Assembly: GCA_964589775.1 (NCBI GenBank)
Contig: CAZPUN010000064.1
Span: forward strand, 1-32,000
DNA from: an uncultured archaeon
GTDB lineage: Archaea; Asgardarchaeota; Thorarchaeia; Thorarchaeales; CAZPUN01
Length of the DNA: 32,000 nucleotides
Direction of reading: 5' to 3'
This document shows positions 28,107 to 32,000 of this stretch, piece by piece. Under the pieces are notes generated by a model, which ran no database searches, was not told the origin of the DNA, and saw nothing but the letters and a program-made list of their open reading frames with translations. The position numbers were made by a program, and so were the translations under genes. Each line of letters opens with the position of its first letter. Within the stretch, counting starts at the first letter, position 1.

Positions 28107-28220
28107 TCAAACGATGAATATATAAGAATTTAAGTAATTTTAAGTTCACAAACCTAGTGAGGTGTGATTGTACATTGAATACTTGGTGGGATCGCGTTTG
28201 CGTTAAAACAAATACAAGGT

Positions 28221-28460
28221 TTGCCCCCTTCTGCTAAGCTTGTATTTTTGCTACTAAACTTTTATCATAAGCTTAGTAGAAAACAGCTAATTGAACTGAG
28301 CTTTTTACCTCCACGCACGGTGGATTTCGCAATTAGAAAACTAAAGGATCTGAAATTAATCGATGATTTTGAAGTTGATAGAGAGAAAATCTTTATCCTT
28401 TTAAAATCTATACCGCATCTGAAAATGCCATATCATGACTCTGAACAGGTATGCGCATAG
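28221..28460 (+). CDS. small winged-helix DNA-binding protein (start uncertain)
   Basis: LPPSAKLV...LSRKQLIELSFLPPRTVDFAIRKLKDLKLI matches the archaeal LPPSAKLV-type wHTH pattern. Confidence 0.7.
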   Translation: MPPSAKLVFLLLNFYHKLSRKQLIELSFLPPRTVDFAIRKLKDLKLIDDFEVDREKIFILLKSIPHLKMPYHDSEQVCA

Positions 28461-28517
28461 AAAGACCTAAAAACTTCCAAATAATCGCATGAGTTAGTTC
28501 TCCCAAGGAGTGTTGAA

Positions 28518-29876
28518 ATGTTGGACTACTATGTTGCTGATAAGACAGAACCGATCAATGGTTGGATTAGAACTCATACTACAGATAAAATTACAACCGA
28601 ATTAGTAGATAAAGAAGTCATACTTATGGGTTGGGTTCATTCTGTTCGTGATATTGGAAAGCTAAAATTCGTAATGCTTCGTGATGAGCGTGGTATGATT
28701 CAAGTCACTGTTCCGAAGAAGAAAGTTACTCCCGAAGTATTTGAAAAGGTGGGGAAACTTAGTGTTGAGAGTGTAATTGCTGTAAAGGGAAAAGTAGTTG
28801 CTGCAAAGCAGGCACAACGTGGTGTTGAAATCATACCGATTGAACTTAAGATACTTAACAAAGCTGAGCGCATTCCAATTGATGTTGAAGAGAAAGTCGA
28901 TACAGAGCTTGATACGCGTCTTGACAATCGAATATTAGACCTACGAAAGCCTCGCGTGAAAGCAATTTTCGACGTTCAGAGCACTCTTGTAAAATACATG
29001 CGTAGATTTCTTGAAGATAATAATTTCATTGAGATACACACACCGAAAATTGTTGCCGAAGCTACTGAAGGCGGAGCAAACTTATTCGAAATAAAGTATT
29101 TTGACAAGCGTGCATTTCTGGCACAGAGTCCTCAGTTCTACAAGCAACTAATGGTCATTGCAGGATTTGGCAGGGTGTTTGAAATTGGCCCAGTATTTCG
29201 TGCTGAGTCCCATCATACACGGAAGCATGTAAATGAATATACAAGCTTCGATTTTGAAATGGCTTGGATCCGTTCAGACGATGACGTCATGCAAATGGAA
29301 GAAAACATGGTAAGTTATGCATTATCAAAAGTAAAAGAAGAAGTTCCACAATCTCTAGAAGTTCTGGGTGTTGATTTTGAAGTTCCTAAGACTCCATTCA
29401 AAAGAGTCAAATATGTCGAAGCGATAGACCTACTTGTATCCGAAGGCAAAGAGATAAGTGTCGGAGATGATTTCGATCCCGAAAGTGAACGCATGCTTGG
29501 GAGAATCTTCAAGGAAAAATTCGGTTCTGATTTCGTCTTTGTGACTTCATATCCTGCACCACTTCGCCCTCCATATACCATGCCTGACCCCGAAAACGAA
29601 GAATACACATTAAGTTTTGATCTATTATTCAAGGGAATGGAAGTCACCACCGGGGGTCAAAGAATTCACATTTACCCTCTATTGGTTGAAAAATTCAAGC
29701 AGAAAGGTCTAAACCCAGACGATTTCAAATTCTACATGGAACCATTTAAATTTGGAGCACCGCCTCATGGTGGGCTTGGTCTCGGAATCGAACGATTCAC
29801 AATGCAGCTATTAAACATTCCAAACATTCGTGAGTGTGCATTATTGCCTCGAGACCGTGAAAGATTAACACCATAA
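28518..29876 (+). CDS. aspS: aspartate--tRNA ligase, archaeal type (probably non-discriminating Asp/Asn)
   Basis: OB fold GWVHSVRDIG; RLDNRILDLR; AFLAQSPQFYKQ; motif 2 FRAE; GGQRIH; motif 3 PPHGGLGLGIER; PRDRERLTP. Confidence 0.96.
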   Translation: MLDYYVADKTEPINGWIRTHTTDKITTELVDKEVILMGWVHSVRDIGKLKFVMLRDERGMIQVTVPKKKVTPEVFEKVGKLSVESVIAVKGKVVAAKQAQRGVEIIPIELKILNKAERIPIDVEEKVDTELDTRLDNRILDLRKPRVKAIFDVQSTLVKYMRRFLEDNNFIEIHTPKIVAEATEGGANLFEIKYFDKRAFLAQSPQFYKQLMVIAGFGRVFEIGPVFRAESHHTRKHVNEYTSFDFEMAWIRSDDDVMQMEENMVSYALSKVKEEVPQSLEVLGVDFEVPKTPFKRVKYVEAIDLLVSEGKEISVGDDFDPESERMLGRIFKEKFGSDFVFVTSYPAPLRPPYTMPDPENEEYTLSFDLLFKGMEVTTGGQRIHIYPLLVEKFKQKGLNPDDFKFYMEPFKFGAPPHGGLGLGIERFTMQLLNIPNIRECALLPRDRERLTP

Positions 29877-29907
29877 ACATAAGTAAAAACAAAAAATAAA
29901 TGCAGAG

Positions 29908-31269
29908 TTAGTCTCTGCTTCCAATTCCTTTTATTCTGGCGATATTGAATTGTCGTAATGAAGCTACGAATTTTTCAGCATCTTCTTCTTCGCCTACCAA
30001 GAATGAAACTTTGCGTTTTCCTCTCGTAATGAGTGTAATTCTCCATAGTGGTAAAGCTGCTCCTATTAGATATAATACCGGAATTAATACTAGATTTGCT
30101 GGGAATTGCCACGGAAGAATTCTTGCAGGTGGCGCAATCAATATAAAATTGACTACTGTAAATACAAGAATTGCAAAGACCAATTTAATTCGGTCCCAAT
30201 CTGTACCCCATTTAATACCAATAATCGAATTATTGTTGATTTCTCTTAATGAGACCTCGAATGGATTTATGATGCTCTGCTTATCCTTTTCTATTTCATT
30301 ACTGATTATTACGCTTCTATTTGTGATGTATATCATATCTTTAATCGTACGTCCTCCAGAAGCAAAAAGGACTATAAATATGAATACAATAAAGTATGAG
30401 ATAATTACTAACCATTGTATACTTGGATTTTCAGGTAGTCGTTGAATCTCTGGGTAAAAGTATGTTACAAAAGACATAAGAATAACAGAAAGGAAAGCGA
30501 GTCCCAAGCCATATTGTCTTGCGATTTTTCGGCTTACTACAGGCTGCTCGATTACCTTTTCATCTTCTGGTAAGAGTATTGATGTGGGCGTGAATTCCAT
30601 TTCGAAGGATACGTTTCCTCTTTTTCGTATATTTCGTAAAATATCTACAAATTTATTTTCTTCATAGATTGAAATATCGTCCAAGCTCCATTCTTCGCCG
30701 CTTCGCATTTGGATTGTGAGATAGATCTCTTTTTGAATGCCCATCTTAATGATCAAGATTCCAATTAGCAGAACAATTATGAATCCTGCAATTGCTCCGA
30801 CTGTATATGGCGTAATTACAATATGTAGAATTATATCTACAAGGAAGAATGTTGCGAGTAGTGAATCTGCAAGAAGAAATAAAATTCCTATTAGAATTCT
30901 AAGCGGCATTATCTGACGTCTTCTACCAGCTGTGAAGCCTTCGATGAAATCATTTGGGAAATCTAAACTTCTTGTCTTAGTTTTTAATACTAATCTTCTA
31001 TTTGTTAATATAAGTGCAGAATTTGTATGCGAAAGCATGAATGTTATGACCGATAATATAATAATAATAGCTGATTTTGGACTGATTATTGTATAAATAG
31101 ATCTTTGCGATAATCCAATAAAGAATAGGCTACCATCCATTAGGACGCCACGGAGACCTATTAGCAATAACGCATATGAGACTCTTCTGATCCATCTGTC
31201 TATACTCTTACACTTTATTGAGGTGATTATATGTTCGTTATCAAGTTGAAATTGGCGATCTAAAGACAA
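29908..31269 (-). CDS. membrane protein with two repeated TM + PH-like modules
   Basis: Two halves, each with a TM pair, LILTNRRLVL or IYITNRSVII, a further TM pair and a beta-hairpin/helix end; GAGGTGA before the TTG start. Confidence 0.7.
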   Translation of the reverse strand: MSLDRQFQLDNEHIITSIKCKSIDRWIRRVSYALLLIGLRGVLMDGSLFFIGLSQRSIYTIISPKSAIIIILSVITFMLSHTNSALILTNRRLVLKTKTRSLDFPNDFIEGFTAGRRRQIMPLRILIGILFLLADSLLATFFLVDIILHIVITPYTVGAIAGFIIVLLIGILIIKMGIQKEIYLTIQMRSGEEWSLDDISIYEENKFVDILRNIRKRGNVSFEMEFTPTSILLPEDEKVIEQPVVSRKIARQYGLGLAFLSVILMSFVTYFYPEIQRLPENPSIQWLVIISYFIVFIFIVLFASGGRTIKDMIYITNRSVIISNEIEKDKQSIINPFEVSLREINNNSIIGIKWGTDWDRIKLVFAILVFTVVNFILIAPPARILPWQFPANLVLIPVLYLIGAALPLWRITLITRGKRKVSFLVGEEEDAEKFVASLRQFNIARIKGIGSRD

Positions 31270-31280
31270 TAAAAATCACC

Positions 31281-32000
31281 TCACTCTTCAGTTGGTGCTT
31301 CCTCTTTCGGTTCAATGGGTCTGAAGTATTGCCTAGCACGTTCTATCAAATTCTTTAATGATTCTTCATCAGAGTACGGCATTTCGATTGTACGACCACC
31401 CGTAGTAATTATGCTAACACTGAACTTCGCTTTCGGAAATGAGAGTAGAATCATGAAAATTGCCAGTGGTAATGTTATAAAACTGGCTTCACTTAATGAA
31501 GTTCCAAGTCCCATAACATCCGGTTGTAGAAATGTTGTGATTAAGGTTATTAAACCACTGAGGAATCGTTCCATCTTTATTGGTGTTTTCCCAATTGCCA
31601 AGCTTTCAACAGTCATATACGGGATATCCTCATATGTTGTACCTAATCGTCCTGCTTTTCGCTCTACCAATAATCTTGTCGTAGTACCATACACTGTTAC
31701 TTTTTCATTCATACTACCCATTAAGACAAGCATTGACATAAATATGAAAAGCGTAACTACAAAAAGAAACCATGGTGCAATAAACATTGAGTTAAATGGC
31801 GGTGAAGTGTATAGATACAGATAATAGAATAGATTAATGCTATTAGAATCAATGCCAAATCTATCTAAGATATGCCAATTAACCAATATGCTGTATGTTC
31901 CAAATAATAACAATATAAGCGTAAAGACAAGAGTATGTATGTTTGTATATTTATATTCATTCGTAAATTCAACTTTTTCGCCAGGTAGCAAAAATGACAT
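31281..32000 (-). CDS. membrane protein with one TM + PH-like module, paralogous to its neighbour
   Basis: LLPGEKV start, TM pair, VYGTTTRLLV, EDIPY..VESL, TM pair, VSIITTGGRTIE; ATG at the window edge. Confidence 0.7.
   Translation of the reverse strand: MSFLLPGEKVEFTNEYKYTNIHTLVFTLILLLFGTYSILVNWHILDRFGIDSNSINLFYYLYLYTSPPFNSMFIAPWFLFVVTLFIFMSMLVLMGSMNEKVTVYGTTTRLLVERKAGRLGTTYEDIPYMTVESLAIGKTPIKMERFLSGLITLITTFLQPDVMGLGTSLSEASFITLPLAIFMILLSFPKAKFSVSIITTGGRTIEMPYSDEESLKNLIERARQYFRPIEPKEEAPTEE

Overview
AT-rich, gene-dense archaeal window, most likely from an Asgard archaeon. That assignment is inferred from a Rab-like small GTPase, a tandem roadblock protein and TPR/zinc-ribbon proteins sitting among archaeal core genes. 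Core genes: top6B-top6A, radA, pheS-pheT, aspS, and purA split by a 1-nt frameshift. Lipid-related genes: two geranylgeranyl reductases, a PAP2-like protein, a HAD phosphatase, and a CDP-alcohol phosphatidyltransferase paired with a PfkB kinase. Also present are an ABC exporter pair, a class III aminotransferase and several membrane or hypothetical proteins. The most notable signal is non-coding. Two diverged copies of a short ORF-less element (7459-7716 and 25951-26143) each follow TTAC, begin with an IS200/IS605-type left-end hairpin, carry a covarying structured block resembling a TnpB omegaRNA scaffold, and end in a right-end hairpin plus TCAG. A third partial scaffold lies in tandem after the second copy (about 26147-26226). 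No tnpA or tnpB gene is in the window. An unannotated 41-aa four-cysteine miniprotein gene lies at 17885-18010. No tRNA, rRNA or CRISPR array was seen. All calls come from reading motifs by eye; no database searches were run.
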